DNA from: Mobula hypostoma | Lineage: Eukaryota | Assembly: GCF_963921235.1 (NCBI RefSeq) | Contig: NC_086114.1 | Span: forward strand, 1,860,001-1,924,000 | Reading direction: 5' to 3' | Length of the DNA: 64,000 bases | Shown: positions 49,766 to 63,509 of the stretch, piece by piece | Layout of the letters: each line of letters opens with the position of its first letter | Numbering within the stretch: the first letter of the stretch is position 1 | Position numbers and translations under genes: made by a program | Notes under the pieces: model-generated | Database searches by the model: none | What the model saw: only the letters and a program-made list of their open reading frames with translations | What the model was told of the DNA's origin: nothing

Positions 49766-51024
49766 CTATCTCCGCACCCCCCCCCCCCCGCAGCCCGTCG
49801 TTCCCTCGAGAGTGCAGGACACGTTCTCCGGGAAGAAAACTAGCTTCCCAAGGTCCCGGGAGCATTAGTGTGGTCCCCAGATCTCCCATCGACCCCGAAG
49901 GACAATCCTAGACGCCCCCTGATCATGTTAGACGCTGGCCGGAACCTTGGCCGGTGTGTCCCGGTGGGCAGCCGGGGAGAAAGCTGCTGATCGTTTGGTC
50001 CCTGTCCGATTCTCTGCGTGTGCCGGTACTCAGCGGAGGCCTCGGGTTCAGTGCGAACCCTACCTCGGCGGACTGAGCTTTCCGCTATGAGCTGCCGTAG
50101 GGGTCCCTTCGTCCGGGGTGGTTCCCTGGCTGAGGCTCGGTCCTAGAGAGACTGAGGTGAGGAGACATTTTTCTAGACGGTGGTCGGAGCCCTCCGACTC
50201 CGCACGGAAGCTTGGTGAGCACACGGTGACGGTCGGTGGAACTCAGCGGGTCAGGCAGCATCTGTGAAGTTCAAAGTAATTTTATCATCCAAGTACTTCG
50301 CTATGGTATGCTATCCTGAGATTCATTTTCTTGCGAGCAGTTACAGTTGGTGCAAAGAAATGCAATAGAATGAATGAAAGCCTACTCACAGACTGACAAC
50401 CAACGTGCAAATACAAAAACAGCAAACAAACCAATAAACAAATAACACCGAGAGCACGAGTTGTAGGGTTCTTGAAAGTGAGTCCATAGGTTGTGAATCA
50501 GTTCAGCGTTGAGGTGAGTGAAGCTATCCCCACTGGTTCAGGAGCCTGATGGTTGAGGGGTAATACCTGCTCCTGAGCCCGGTGGCGTGAGTCCCGAGGC
50601 TTCCCGATGGTAGTAGCGAGAAGAGAGCATGGTCTGGATGGTGAGGTCCCAGATGCTGGATGTTGCTTTCTTGTGCCAGTGACCCTTCAGTGGTCAGTGG
50701 TGGGAAGGGGTCTTCCCGTGATGGATTGGTCCGTGTTCACCACCTTCCCGTCCTTGGACGTGGATGTTTCCATATCAGGCCAAGATGTAACCAGTCAGCG
50801 TCCTCTCCACCGTGCAGATATAGTAGCTTGTCAAAGAAATGAACAGTCGTCGTTCCAGATTTCCAGCGTCTGCGAGATCTCTCGTGTCTCTAAGTGAAAA
50901 TTCGGCCACTGAGCAGCAACACACAATGTCGGCAGGGGGGACTCAGCGGCGGAGCGGCGTCTGTGGGGGTGGGGGGGAGGAACTGCCGATACTTAATTGA
51001 TAACTTTATCTGGTCCATTTTTAA

Positions 51025-51352
51025 CATAGAACATAGGATAGTACATCACAGTACAGTACAGGCCCTTCGGCCCATAATGTTGTGCCGATCCTCAAACCCT
51101 GCCTCCCATATACCCACCCCCACCTTAAATTCCTCCATATACCTGTCTAGTAGTCTCTTAAACTTTCCTAGTGTATCTGCCTCCACCACTGACTCAGGCA
51201 GTGTATTCCACGCACCAACCACTCTCTGAGTAAAAAACCTTCCTCTAATATCCCTTTTGAACTTCCCACCCCTTACCTTAAAGCCATGTCCTCTTGTATT
51301 GAGCAGTGGTGCCCTGGGGAAGAGGCGCTGGCTATCCACGCTATCTATTCCT
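51025..51352 (-). mobile_element. CR1 3' fragment
   Basis: DSQRLFP...TRGHGFKV...FFTQRVVGAWNTLP...FKRLLDRYM. Confidence 0.85.
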
Positions 51353-51914
51353 TACTTCAGAGATGTTGCGGGTTCTCGACCTCCACAGATTCTGCAGGAT
51401 CCGCGGAGTTTCCGCAACGGCTTAAGCGTCGCATCTGCTCGGATCCTGTGTCTCCATCCAGAGCAGCGATTCAGTCAAATCTGGACATTGGGGGAATCGA
51501 AGGAGGTGGAACGGTGCAGGAGGATCTTGTTGATGACAGGACGGGCTGGAGGGGCCGATCGGCCACACTGAGAGCCTCCCCCACCCCCGGGATTCCATCA
51601 CCACCTCCCACCCCGGGCGGTTGCCGGACCCCAACAACAGTCTCGCGGATAACATCCCGTCTGATCTGCACCGGTGCTCGGTTGAAACATTGGTAACGCA
51701 CGGGGAGCAAACTAGCGGGGAAATCCGGCAAAGACCGGCCGCCCCCATCCCCACCCACGCCTTCTCTCGGCCAGGACAGACCAGCCACTACAGATCCATT
51801 CCCGCAGAGTCGACAGTCCGCTGCCTACACAGACATACCCGGCCCTCGGAGCCCCTCCAGTAGCTTGTTGTCGATGCAAGCTAATTTCTTTATGCGGGGG
51901 GGGGGGGAGGGGGG

Positions 51915-52300
51915 GGCGAGATCTTATTGAAACCTATCGAATGCTGAAATCCTCAATAGAGTAAGATTTGGAGGGGATGTTTCCTGTGGTGGGGGAGTCT
52001 AAGACCAGAGGACACAGCCTCAGAGTAGAGGGGCGCCCTTTTAGAACGGAGATGAGGAGACATTACTTTAGCTAGAGGATGGTGAATCTGTGGAATTCAT
52101 TGCCACAGGCGGCCGTGGAGGTATATTTAAGGCAGAGGTTATTAGATTATTGATTAGTCAGAACACGAAGGAATATGGGGTGTCTGCAGGAGATTGGGGC
52201 TGAGAGGAATAATGGATCAGTCATGCAGAAATGGAGGAGAAGACTCGATGGGCCAGTGGCCTAATTCTGCCCCAATTTTGCTCCTATATCTAATGGTCTC
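51915..52300 (+). mobile_element. CR1 3' fragment (unexpanded version of the unit amplified at 42.9-44.6 kb)
   Basis: GGATGTTTCCTGTGGTGGGGGAGTCTAAGACCAGAGGACACAGCCTCAGA collinear with 44590-44640. Confidence 0.8.
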
Positions 52301-53899
52301 ATTCAGGTGCTCCGGCCCAAGTCGTCAATGTGTGAGATGTTTGGGAGTTTAATGTACTTTGCTCGAGTGCTTTTCTACAAATGGCCACTGAAAGAGCAGC
52401 GTTTTATTAAAATGGGACAAATGTATAAATATGAAGAATAGGAGAGGATTTGGGAGCTGGAAAGGACAATGGACGAGAGTACACTGTTACATTGAAAGGG
52501 TTAGGACTGGAATATATTCAATAAATATTAAATGCTTTATGAAATGACTAACTGAATAAAAGATCAAATCAGAGACAGGCCTGGTCTGTCTGGATAGTTC
52601 AATCATAACTTTATTGGGTGAGCTGCTGGACGAGCCAGTGGGAGACCAGTGGGTGACCAATGGGCAAATAGTGAGTGAGCCAGTGGGAGAACCGGAGAGG
52701 GGACATAATCCACTCTATTTCTCATTGCTGATCCATTTAAACCAGTGACTTTCCCCACACAGGCAGACTTGTGTCTCACCTGAGTCCCTGCTACAGCAGA
52801 GCTGAGGGATTTAGTCTGTACGCCATTTGCTTCGGGAGTCTTTGCAGAAATGTGACATTGAACAACACTCCAGGCTCCGAGTCAGCAAACAGCCCAGGTT
52901 TCACATTTGGTATGTAAGTGGGTGCATCCGGGACCGGACACATGCCGAGCAGATTGCAATGGTTTGGCACACGCGCGCACAGATGGGTTTGGCCAGAGAC
53001 ACATGTGAACTACTTGAGTTTGGGAAACAAATTAACATTAAAACTGAAAGGGAGATATTGTACTTCAACATTAGGATGACAACATTATGAAAAAGACTTT
53101 CTTTCCCAATATGAATCCTAACTTCCCACGCTTTAGTTTGGGAAGTCACTTCCGCTCTTCCTGAGATGCACAGATGATTGCACAGAGCCCTGACACATTG
53201 TTCCGGGCAGGCAGCTGGGTCTTTGACTATGCTGATGGGCCCACATCTGTCAATAGCTTTCTGCTACCTCCACCAATCTTGCTTCCTAATTTCAACATCA
53301 GTCTTACTTTTGGTGGTGCTGTTTGGGTGAACCTCACTCGTGTTTAAGCTGAAGCAATATTTATGTACGCGGGTGGAATTAGACAGCTGCTCCGCAGAAG
53401 ATTCCCCAAGGTTCTCCACTGCAGCTGGTGAACCACCTGCTTTCGGAAAACTGGAGCTCACAGACCTCAGGGCTGGGAGCGTTTCCTCTCGGTATTTAGA
53501 TGAGCACTTGAACCACTGCGTAGGGAAGGCACCCACATCCTCACAATCTCTTTAACCACCATCAAGCAGGAGGTACTGCAGCATTAGGACAACAATTGTT
53601 AGGATAGGAAACAACTTCTTCTTTGAGGCCAATAGACTAGAACTCCCTGCCACCATCCAGCTGTTCATCACACATGAAGAGCCAATAGCGGTATACTTCC
53701 TAATTCTTAGCTTGTGTTGCAAATGTACCTTGTGCTAAATGTCAGTCTTCTGGGATATATTTTATTATTTGCAATTTATTTGTGATAATATTACTTTACG
53801 TGTTGTGTGTGAGCCATGTGCATTTGCTCCGGAGGAACGTTGTTTCATTCGGTGGTGTTTATGTACACAGCTGAATGACGAGAAACTGGGACTTGAACC

Positions 53900-54300
53900 T
53901 GAACAAAATGCTGGAGGAACTCAGAAAGACAGGGAGTAATGTTCGGGTAAAATAAACTTTCAGGTCAAGGCCCTTCATCAGCACTAGAAAGGAAGTGGGG
54001 GGCGGGGGGCGGCAGACGCCAGAATAACAAGGTGGGGGAGGGGCAGGAGGACCAGCTGCTGGTGATGGATTGGACCAGGTGATGGGGGAGGGACAGGAGG
54101 ACCAGCTGCAGGTGAGGGGAGGAGGGGCAGGAGCACCAGCTGCAGGTGATAGATGGGACCAGGTGAGGGGGAAGGTGGAGGAACTCAAGATGGGAGGTGT
54201 TAGGTGGAAGAGTTTAAAAGCCGAGGGAGAAGGAGTTTGATAGTGAAGAAGGAAGGGAACTGGGGCAGCTGGTGGGCCACTGAGGAGAAAAGAAGGGGTT
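53900..54300 (-). mobile_element. Old PLE 3' tail with decayed hammerhead and internal duplications
   Basis: Minus strand CTGATGA-AGGGCCTTGACCT-GAAA at 53958-53981; CTGAGTTCCTCCAGCATTTTG tail. Confidence 0.6.
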
Positions 54301-54554
54301 TGGGACAAGTGTTGACTGTGGTATCAGTGCAGACAGACACAATGGACCAAGGGGCCCATTTCAATCTTGTATGACTCTGTATGAGGGGTGAGTGAATTCC
54401 ACAAAATAAAGTGTTGGGCGTGCAGCACAGGAACTGACCCAAGGTAAGGCAGATTTCTGTGTGAGAATGACTCGGTCAGTAGAAGCAGTCAGCCACAGTT
54501 TTAACTAAAAGGCCATTTTGAAAGCAGAATATTAAATGAAGTAGAGTTCCACTT

Positions 54555-55415
54555 CATGTCACATATATGCTTCTCAGCCTAGACACTGTGACACGGAATG
54601 AATCATGTCACATATATGGTTAGACACTGTGACATGGATCGTGAATCATGTCACATACTTTATACTTTATTGTCGCCAAACAATTGATACTAGAACGTAC
54701 AATCATCACAGCAATATTTGATTCTGCGCTTCCCACTCCCTGGATTACAAATATTAAATATTAAAAATAGTAAAATTAGTAAATATTAAAAATTTAAATT
54801 ATAAATCATAAATAGAAAATAGAAAAATGGAAAGTAAGGTAGTGCAAAAAACAGAGAGGCAGGTCTGGATATTTGGAGGGTATGACCCAGATCCGGGTCA
54901 GGATCCATTCAGCAGTCTTATCACAGTTGGAAAGAAACTGTTCCCAAATCTGGCTGTACGAGTCTTCAAACTCCTGAGCCTTCTCCCGGAGGGAAGAGGG
55001 TCAAAAAGTCTGTTGGCTGGGTGGGTCATGTCCTTGATTATCTTAGCAGCACAGCTCCGACAGCATGCAGTGTAAAGTGAGTCCAAGGATGGAAGATTGG
55101 TTTGTGAACATACATGGTTCTCAGCCTGGACACAGTGACAGGGAATGAATCATGTCACATACATGGTTAGACACAGTGACATGAACTGTGAATCATGTTA
55201 CATGCTTGTTTAGACACAGTGACATGAACTGTGAATCATGTTACATACATGGTTTTCAGCCTAGACACAGTGACACGGAATGAATCATGTCACATACATG
55301 GTTCTCAGCCTAGACATAGTGACACGGAATGAATCATGCCACATACATGGTTAGACACAGTGACATGGACCGTGAATCATGTTACATACATGGTTGTCAG
55401 CCTAGGCACAGTGAG
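54555..55415. repeat. ~40-50 nt minisatellite (GAATCATGTCACATACATGGTT[CTCAGCC]TAGACACAGTGACA) interrupted by a Rex1-like 3' fragment (about 54658-55106, -)
   Basis: Tandem units on both sides. The insert encodes KIIKDMTHPANRLFDPLPSGRRLRSLKTRTARFGNSFFP. Confidence 0.85.
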
Positions 55416-55519
55416 ATGGAGACTGGAACATTAAACTCAAAACAGAAACCTTGTGAATGCTGAACGGGCCAGTCAGTGTCCGCGGAGAGAGAGACGTTCA
55501 ATTTCCAGCCTAGGACCAT

Positions 55520-56370
55520 TTTATAGACCATAGAACAGTACAGCACAATACAGGCCCTTTGGCCCAGGATTTTGTGCCAACATTTTAACCCACTCCAAGA
55601 TCAATTTAACCCTTCCCTCCCACATAACCCTCCATTTTCTATCATCTATGTGACTATCTGAGATTCTTAAGTGGCCTCTAATGTATCTACCTGTACCACC
55701 ACCCCTGGCAGTGGATTCCATGCACCTGCCACTCTGTGTAAAATCCTACCTCTGACATGCTCTCCCCACTATACTTTCTGCCAATCATCTTAAAATTGTA
55801 CCCCAAGGTAAACATTTCTGTCTGTCCACTCTCAATGCCTCTTATCATCTTGCACACCGCTATCAAGGAAACTCTCATCCTCCTTCGCTCTAAAGGGAAA
55901 AGTCCTAGCTCACTCACTCTATCTTCATAAAACCTTTGCTTTAATCCAGACAGTATCCTGGTAAATCTCCTCTACACCCTCTCTAAAGATTTCATATCCT
56001 TCCTATAATAGGGTGACCAGAATTGAACACAATTTTCCAAGCGTAGTCAAAGCAGGGTTTTATAGAACTGCAAAATTCCCTCATTGCTCTTGAACTCAAT
56101 CCCCTGACTAATGAAGGCCAACACAACAAACACCTTCTGAGCCACCCCATCAACTTGCACAGCAACCTTGAAGGACTTTTGAGCTTGGACCCCAAGAACC
56201 CTCTGTTCCTCCATACTGTAATGAATCCCGCTGTTAACGCTTCAAGTTTGAGCTTCCAACGGGAACCACTTCATAGTTTTCTCGACTGAACTCCATCTGC
56301 CACTTCTCAGTTGAGCTTTGTATCTCCTTAATGTCTGGTTGCAATCTGTGACGACCTTCTACTAATTCTG
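55520..56370 (-). mobile_element. CR1 3' fragment
   Basis: ELGLFPLERRRMR..LIAV.KMIRG; CVQFWSPYYRKD remnant. Confidence 0.75.
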
Positions 56371-56640
56371 ACAAAACTTACTGACGCGTTTCTCTGAGTT
56401 GCTGAGGCTCCAACACTGCTGGTTTACTGATCCTTTAGAAATAGAACCAGATTTGACACGGTGACTGAGATACAGTGAAAGTCTTGTCCAGCATGCTGTT
56501 GACATGCACAGTGCATTGAGGTGAAACAAGGTAAAACAATACAGAATAAAGTGTAACAGCTACAGAGAAAGTGGAGTGCAGGTAGACGATAAGATGCAAG
56601 ATCATAACGAGGTAGATTGAGTGGTTAAGAGTACATTTCA

Positions 56641-57465
56641 TGGAGGGCAGAGCTAAGTCGAGGTGGCGCTAAATGGCGACTCCTTTGCTTGTATCTTCGG
56701 AAACAGCTCCATGTCCATCTTTAATACCTTTATTTTTCACTTTCAGGGTTCTTTTGAAGACCCTGACCTGGAGTTACACGCTGACTATGGTTCTTTGTGG
56801 GAATGGGACCTGCTGTCAGGGTGTTTCATGACTGGCCATTATCCGACATGCCAAGGACGCAACCTAAGAGTTCGGCTCACCTTTAGAGGCCGAGGATATC
56901 GGGCTTTGGAGATGGATGGATAGAAGGTCGGTGTCCCGACAGACTGGTGTGTTGTGGGAGATGGAAGATCTTTGACTGAGTGTCCAGAGATCTGAGATCT
57001 TTGGGCACAGGGCTTGGAAAAAGCAACGCAATGGCCTTTCAACATCATAAACCAGTGAGTTGTTTGTTATGTCTCCCCTCTCGCTGTGAAACGGAGACAT
57101 CCCTTTCTCCTTTATTAGGGAGAGAGAGAGAGAGCCTGTGGTATGTCGAATACTGGGTGAACGAGTCTTTGGAGTACTGCAAGTCTGTGTCTTTGCTGTT
57201 GCTTTGCTCACACGAGTGCTCGGTGGGGGGTGCCAATGCTTTTTTTGCTGGTGGAGGAAGTGGGGATTGTTGCTTTGCTGCTGCTTACACGTGGGAGGGA
57301 GAGGGGAGCTGGCGGGGACTTCGGGGTTCTAACGTTTAACTGTTGTTCATTCCCTGGGACACTCCTCTGTTTTCATGGATGGTTGCGAAGAGAAAGCATT
57401 TCAGGATGTATATTGTATACATTTCTCTGACATTAAATGTACCTTTGGAACCTTTGAACCTTTGA
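56641..57465 (+). mobile_element. Probable non-autonomous LINE-dependent element inserted in a Rex1-like tail
   Basis: LINE-like 5' end (GAGCTAAGTCGAGGTGGCGC), no ORF, 3' end ATTAAA + (ACCTTTGA)n. The host tail is collinear on both sides. Confidence 0.5.
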
Positions 57466-57992
57466 TTTTATCTTACTAGGGAACCGTTTAATAGTCTGAT
57501 AACAGCGGGGTAGAATCTGCTCTCTCAACGTCTTTATATCTTTTGCCCAATGGATTTACCAATAATTTCTGTCCATATTTATTGCTGTTTAGATGGTAGA
57601 TTCCTATCCTGTCTGTAGTATTTAAAGCAATTTTAATTAGTACACTGACACCTTTTCTAAATGAACTTGAGTTAAAAGTAAATCATAATCGACTGTGAGA
57701 TGTAGCACATGAAATGCCTTGTGGGGTTGACACACTGGGGTGTGACCTTCTTTCAATGATGCATTTCCATCTGTGGTTTCATTCGGGCTCGCTAGAGCAC
57801 TGATTCAGTTAAATATGGTTTTACTTTCCTCCAAAGACTACAGTCACCTTTGATCAGTCCAAAATCTGAGAAAGCTGTTCTGACTTGATCGAGGTTGTTT
57901 CAGAGTTTTCTGATCATCTCCTGATGCTGAAAATGTTGCACTAGATGAGGCTGGCTGGAACTGGGAGCTAAAGGCAAGTACTGAATATCATT

Positions 57993-58090
57993 TTCGTCCT
58001 GACGAAGGGTCTCGGCCCGAAACGTCAACTGTACCTCTTCCTAAAGATGCTGCCTGGCCTGCTGCGTTCACCAGCATTTTGTGTGTGTTG
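57993..58090 (+). mobile_element. ~98-bp PLE-tail insertion beginning at an intact hammerhead core, with 12-bp TSD
   Basis: CTGACGA (57999-58005) AGGGTCTCGGCCC GAAACGTC (58019-58026). TSD CTGAATATCATT at 57981-57992 and 58091-58102. Confidence 0.82.
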
Positions 58091-58384
58091 CTGAATATCA
58101 TTATTTGCCAGCAATATCACTAATCCAGAATAAAAGGAGTATGAATGCTATTACAAGAATGCACATGTGTGGACTAAAGAAAACAGTAATACTGGGAAGG
58201 GCAATCCACCAGGGGCTCCCCTCTGCCTTTTCCGAGTTCCTCCTATGTAATACTCCCCACCAATTCATTGATGTGATCCTCCCACAGACAAGTCATGTGT
58301 TACAAAGTATCCCCAGTGATGGATTCTGTAGAGAAGCCAGGCATACAGTTATATTTGCTGTTTGTAAGATAGACTAATTATTGT

Positions 58385-58466
58385 TCTGAGAGAGACAGAC
58401 AGAAACAGAAAGAGAGAGAATGAGAAATAGAAATCGAGTAGGATTAGAGAATGAGAGAGAGTTAGA

Positions 58467-58519
<53 letters not shown>

Positions 58520-58550
58520 TAAAGAAAGAGAGGGAGACAGAGAGACAGTT
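58385..58550. repeat. (GA)n microsatellite
   Basis: Direct reading. Confidence 0.9.
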
Positions 58551-59564
58551 AATACCTGACAGATGACAAGTTTATCAGTGGATCTCTTGAGCTGATGCAT
58601 CTATTCTCTGCTCTCTCTCTCTTGTTTCTTTTATTGATTGGAAGAGGCAATCGCAAACCTGTTCTTAATTTCCAGGGTATGCCGTGATGCATTGGCTCCA
58701 TTCTTCCGCCTGAAATGATCCCCCATTACGCTTCAGCATAACTGTGGTGAAACTCTGCAGCCGGGTAACTTGAGAGTTTGTATCAGGTTCACCGAAACAG
58801 CATTCGATTAATTAAATTGCAGAACCTGAGCCTTATACAGATAGCAACATTTCCTTGCAGGATCTGTAAAGTTTTACTAAGTGATTTTAAAAATATTGCA
58901 GAGAAATGGTGGTTTTCAGAGCTGAGCAATTTAACAGCATAAGAAAGACATCTTTGGGCAGAGATTGCACAGATGGGAAATTGACCCAAAACAGTCTAGA
59001 AATGAAGAAGGGCGGCCTTGGTTTCAATGTCTATTTGTTTCCATTCTCTGGATCACAAAGGGAGAAACTGTCCACCAAATTACAATCTGCCCCCTCATTG
59101 TTCTTGTTTAAGTTTACGGTGCTATGTTGGTGCCAGAATTTGTGGTGGCACTTGCTAGGGTGTGCTGGTTGACGCATTTCACTATATGTTTCCATGTACA
59201 CCTGGTTTATAAAACTGAATCTGAATCTGAAACCTGTTGGCAGATTTACTAAAACATCTGCAAAGTGGTCTATCAAACAAAAACAATCCACTTACTCAGA
59301 AAATGACAAAACATGCTGAAAAGTTTCATTTTGCATTGCTGTACAATTCTTTGGTAAATACACTATCCTTGGATTGGGGAACTCTTTAGCTGTACCGACT
59401 AGACCTGTAATGAGTGTTGAGTCGTCCCTCTGCAACAGGGTCACACCCTCCAGGCGTGGCTGATTTTACTGGAGGGCTGGTTAAATCATGAGCTAATGCA
59501 AGAGAGCATCAGAAACATGAAGGAGGGCAACTCCGGGAGAAATGAAAAACTCAACATCTTCAAT

Positions 59565-60720
59565 AATCGCGGGAGTTGAACTTAAGAGCTTTGAGGTAAT
59601 ATTGCGGCTCGATAAAACCCTGGTTAGAGCACACTTGAAGTATTGTGTTCAGTTCTGGTCGCCTCTTTATAGGAAGGATGTGGAAGCTTTGAGAGCATGC
59701 AGAGGAGATTCACCAGGATACTGCCTGGATTAGAGGGTGCAGAGGAGATTCACCAGGATGCTGCCTGGATTAGAGAGGGTGCAGAGGAGATTCACCGGGA
59801 TGCTGCCTGGATTAGAGGGTGCAGAGGAGATTCACCAGGATGCTGCCTGGATTAGAGAGAGGGCAAAGGAGATTTACCAGGATGCTGCTGGATTAGAGAG
59901 GGTGCAGAGGTGAATCACCAGGATGCTGTCTGGATTAGAGAGGGTGCAGAGGAGATTCACCAGGATGCTGCTGGATTAGAGAGGGTGCAGAGGAGATTTA
60001 CCAGGATGCTGTCTGGATTAGAGAGGGTGCAGAGGAGATTCACCGGGATGCTGCCTGGATTAGAGAGGGTGCAGAGGAGATTCACCAGGATGCTGCTGAA
60101 TTAGAGAGGGTGCAGAGGAGATTTACCAGGATGCTGTCTGGATTAGAGAGGGTGCAGAGGAGATTCACTGGGATGCTGCCTGGATTAGAGAGGGTGCAGA
60201 GGAGTTTCACCGGGATGCTGCCTGGATTAGAGAGGGTGCAGAGGAGATTTACCAGGATGCTGTCTGGATTAGAGAGGGTGCAGAGGAGATTCACCAGGAT
60301 GCTGCTGGATTAGAGAGGGTGCAGAGGAGATTTTGGAATGAAGAAGGATGAGAGGGAACTTGATAGATGTGTATAAAATGATAAGAGGTAGAGATAGAGT
60401 GGACAGCCAAAGGCATTTCCCCAGGGCAGAAATGGCCAATATGAAGTGGTATAATCTTTGATTGGAGGGAAGTATAGGGGGGATGTCATAGGTTGTTTTT
60501 TTTTACACAGAGAGTCAGTGTGTAAAACCCTGCCAGGGTGGTGATAGGGACAGATACATTAGGGGCCTGTGAGAAACTCTTAGATAGGCACATGGACGAT
60601 TAAAAAAATGGAGAGCTATGTGGGAGGGAAAGATTAAATTGATCTTAGAGTAAGTTAAAAGGTTGGCACAACATTATGGGCTGAAGGACCTGTACTTTAT
60701 TCAAACGTTCAATGTTCTAT
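59565..60720 (+). mobile_element. CR1 3' fragment with an internal array of ~15 copies of a 40-42 nt unit (59691-60332)
   Basis: LVRAHLKYCVQFWSPLYRKDVEAL followed by (LERVQRRFTRMLPG)n, then the CR1 tail. Confidence 0.88.
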
Positions 60721-60944
60721 ATTCTATCTTCTAAAATCACGGTAACCTGCTTCAAAGAGCATTTACATGCACAGTGAGGAAGTATTTTGAGAAGTTGGTG
60801 ATGATGCAGCCTGGATCTGCTCTAATTTGCCAACCATGACAACAGGTCAACAGCAGATGCCATTTCATAGGCTCTTCATTCATCCTTGGAACATCTGGAG
60901 AATGAAGACGCATAAACCAGGATTCTTTTTGACTGCAGCTCAGC

Positions 60945-62060
60945 ATTTAATACTGTCAGCCCCTCAAAACTAATCAACAAGCTTCTCTTTGTGTAATTTG
61001 ATCCTTGATTTCTTTACTTGCAGACCCCAGTCAGTTTTGATTGGCAACATCTCTTCCACAATCTCCATCAGTACAGGTGGAGTAAAAGGCTGTGTGCTTT
61101 GCCCCCTGCTCTATTCCCTTTATATTTATGACTGTGTGGCTACGCACACAGCCCTAGTGTCATATTCAAGTCTGCTGACAATTCCATCATCGTAGGCTGA
61201 ATCGAAGGTGTTGATGAATCAGCAAATAAACAACCTCTCACTTAACGTCAGCAAGACGAAAGAGCTGATTATTGACTACAGGAGGAGGAAACTGAAGGCC
61301 CATGAACCAGTCTTCATTGGAGGATCTGAGATGGTGAGTATCAGCAACTTTAAATTCCTTGGTGTTATCATTTCAGAGGATATGTCCTGGGTCCAGTATG
61401 TAAGTAACATTAGAAAGAAAGCGCAGCAACGGCTATACTTTCTTAAAAAGTTTGTGAAGATTCAGCATTTCAGCTAAAACTTTGACAGACTTCTAGAGAT
61501 GTGCAGTAGAGATACTGGTTGCATCACTGCCTGGTATGGAAAACAATTGCATTTGAACAGAAAGTTCTCCAAAAAGATACAGCCCAGTCCATCACGGGTA
61601 AAGCCCTCTCCACCGTTGAGCACATCTACACTAAACACTATCGCAGGAAAGCAGTATTAATAATCAGGGATCTCCACCTCTCAGGACATGCTCTCTTCTC
61701 ACTGCTGCCATCAGAAAGGAGGTACAGGAGACTTGGCAGCCACACCATCAGGTTCAGGAACAGTTAGCCCTCAACCATCAGGCTCTCAAACAAAAGGGGA
61801 TAACTTCACTCACCCCAACATTGAACTGTTCCCACAACCTATGGACTCACTTTCAAGGACTCTTCATCTCATGTTCTTAATATATATTGCTTGCTTGCTT
61901 ATTTATTTGTTCATTTATTTATTTATTTATTTAGCCCCCTTTTTGGGTTGTTTCTGTGTATTTACCGTGAATGCCCCATGAAAAAATGAATCTCAGGCAG
62001 GGTTGTATATGGTGACATATATGTACTTTAATAAAACATGTACTTTGAACTGTGAACTTT
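60945..62060 (+). mobile_element. Rex1/Babar-like LINE 3' fragment
   Basis: [15 protein letters not shown]; LNVSKTKELIIDYRR...KKAQQRLYFL; AATAAA + (TTGAAC)n tail. Confidence 0.82.
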
Positions 62061-63509
62061 CTGCACTGTGGGCAGATTACTTTGATGTTAATGGTCCAAA
62101 GCCCAGAAACGCAGCTCCCAGCACTGTTGAGACGATGCTACTGCAGGAAAGAAATCAGAGTGAAATATGGGATTATCGTTACCGATTTGCACGCAGAGAT
62201 GCAAGGAGGGGATCACCATCCTGGCCTGGCCCGTGCGATGAGCCATGAGCCTCTGATTGTAACATTGAATTGAAGGTTGATGGGATCAAGTTACCAAAAA
62301 GCTGTGTATCAGTGGCTTTAAGTGACACTCGTGCTAGTTAATATTGTTATTGTGTGGAATCTACTCTCTACTCCACAATAGAACACAGAACAGTATATCA
62401 CAGGAACAGGCTGCTTGTAGTTGATGATCTCATACACTGCTGCCACTCATGTGGGTTCCTGGTGTGGTTTGTTACTACAATACTGAGGGGCTTCCTGCAG
62501 CAGCCCGGACACTCCCTGTCCTGGCCCTACACTGTGCTCCTTCCCCGTCAAGCCGTTGCCGTGGTGGCGGCGAGCTGAGTGCATCCCTCAGCATGCACTC
62601 CCGCAGCCTGGAATGTGCCAGTCAGCAGCATTCCTCCAGGGAAAATATGGAACATGTCACAAGTTTACATGTTACAGCTTTGAGGTGTCAGATTAAACCG
62701 AAGTGCAAGGGCATCCAGGGATAACATAACTGTGCTTGCAGTCACACCCCATACCAAGCACAATGGCTATGGGCACCTTATCTGAGGACATCACAGTGGG
62801 AATTCCTTATGTAATGGGAATAAGAGAGCTTGTGGTTGAAGAGCCTTGGAAGACTGGTACAGATAACATGACTGAACTCGGAAAGCAGTGTGTCTTCAAT
62901 CTGAATTAAGGCAAGTATTACGGTGGGATTGAAGGGTTGCATCAGATGGACTGGGTAAGTAAGTTGGAAGGCAGGTCGGCAGAGGAAGAGTGGCAGACAG
63001 TCAGCTGGTGAACAGGAGTTTACCTCCATTGCAAACAGGCGTTCCGTGTGAAAATGGCGCAAGCTGTGGTTAACAAAGCGGGTAGAGGTAACGTTAAATT
63101 GAAATCTAGTGTATACAGAGGGGCAAGGGCTGGTGCTGGTCCAGAAGACTCTGAAGCATTTAAGATCCAGAATCAGGATCTGAATCAGGTTTAATATCAC
63201 TGGCATATGTTGTGACATTTGCAGTTATGCAGCAGCAGTACATAATAATAATAACTGCAAATTACAGTGAGAATAAATTAAGTCAGTGGTGCAAAAAGAG
63301 GAAAGTATTGAGATATTGTTCATGGGTTCATTGTCATTCGGAAATGTGATGGTGGTGGGGAAAAAGAACAGCAAAAGTATACAAAGAAGGAGAAGATGAA
63401 TTTTGAGAGAAGCCTGGATGTGGAATAAATTCAGTGAACATTTCTCTGGATGGACAAACAGGAATACAGCAGCTCAGGTAGATGTGGGAATGACGCTGGT
63501 GAATTAATG

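Noticed and set aside
58560-58830. Unique-looking block tested as a minus-strand exon of caly (expected next gene by synteny)
   Set aside because: The minus-strand frames I translated show no calcyon/NSG-like sequence. It may be a non-coding element, but that cannot be supported without alignment.
62578-62640. Two short hairpins (GAGTGCAT..ATGCACTC; GGAATG..CATTCC)
   Set aside because: Too short to distinguish from chance; no ncRNA family recognised.
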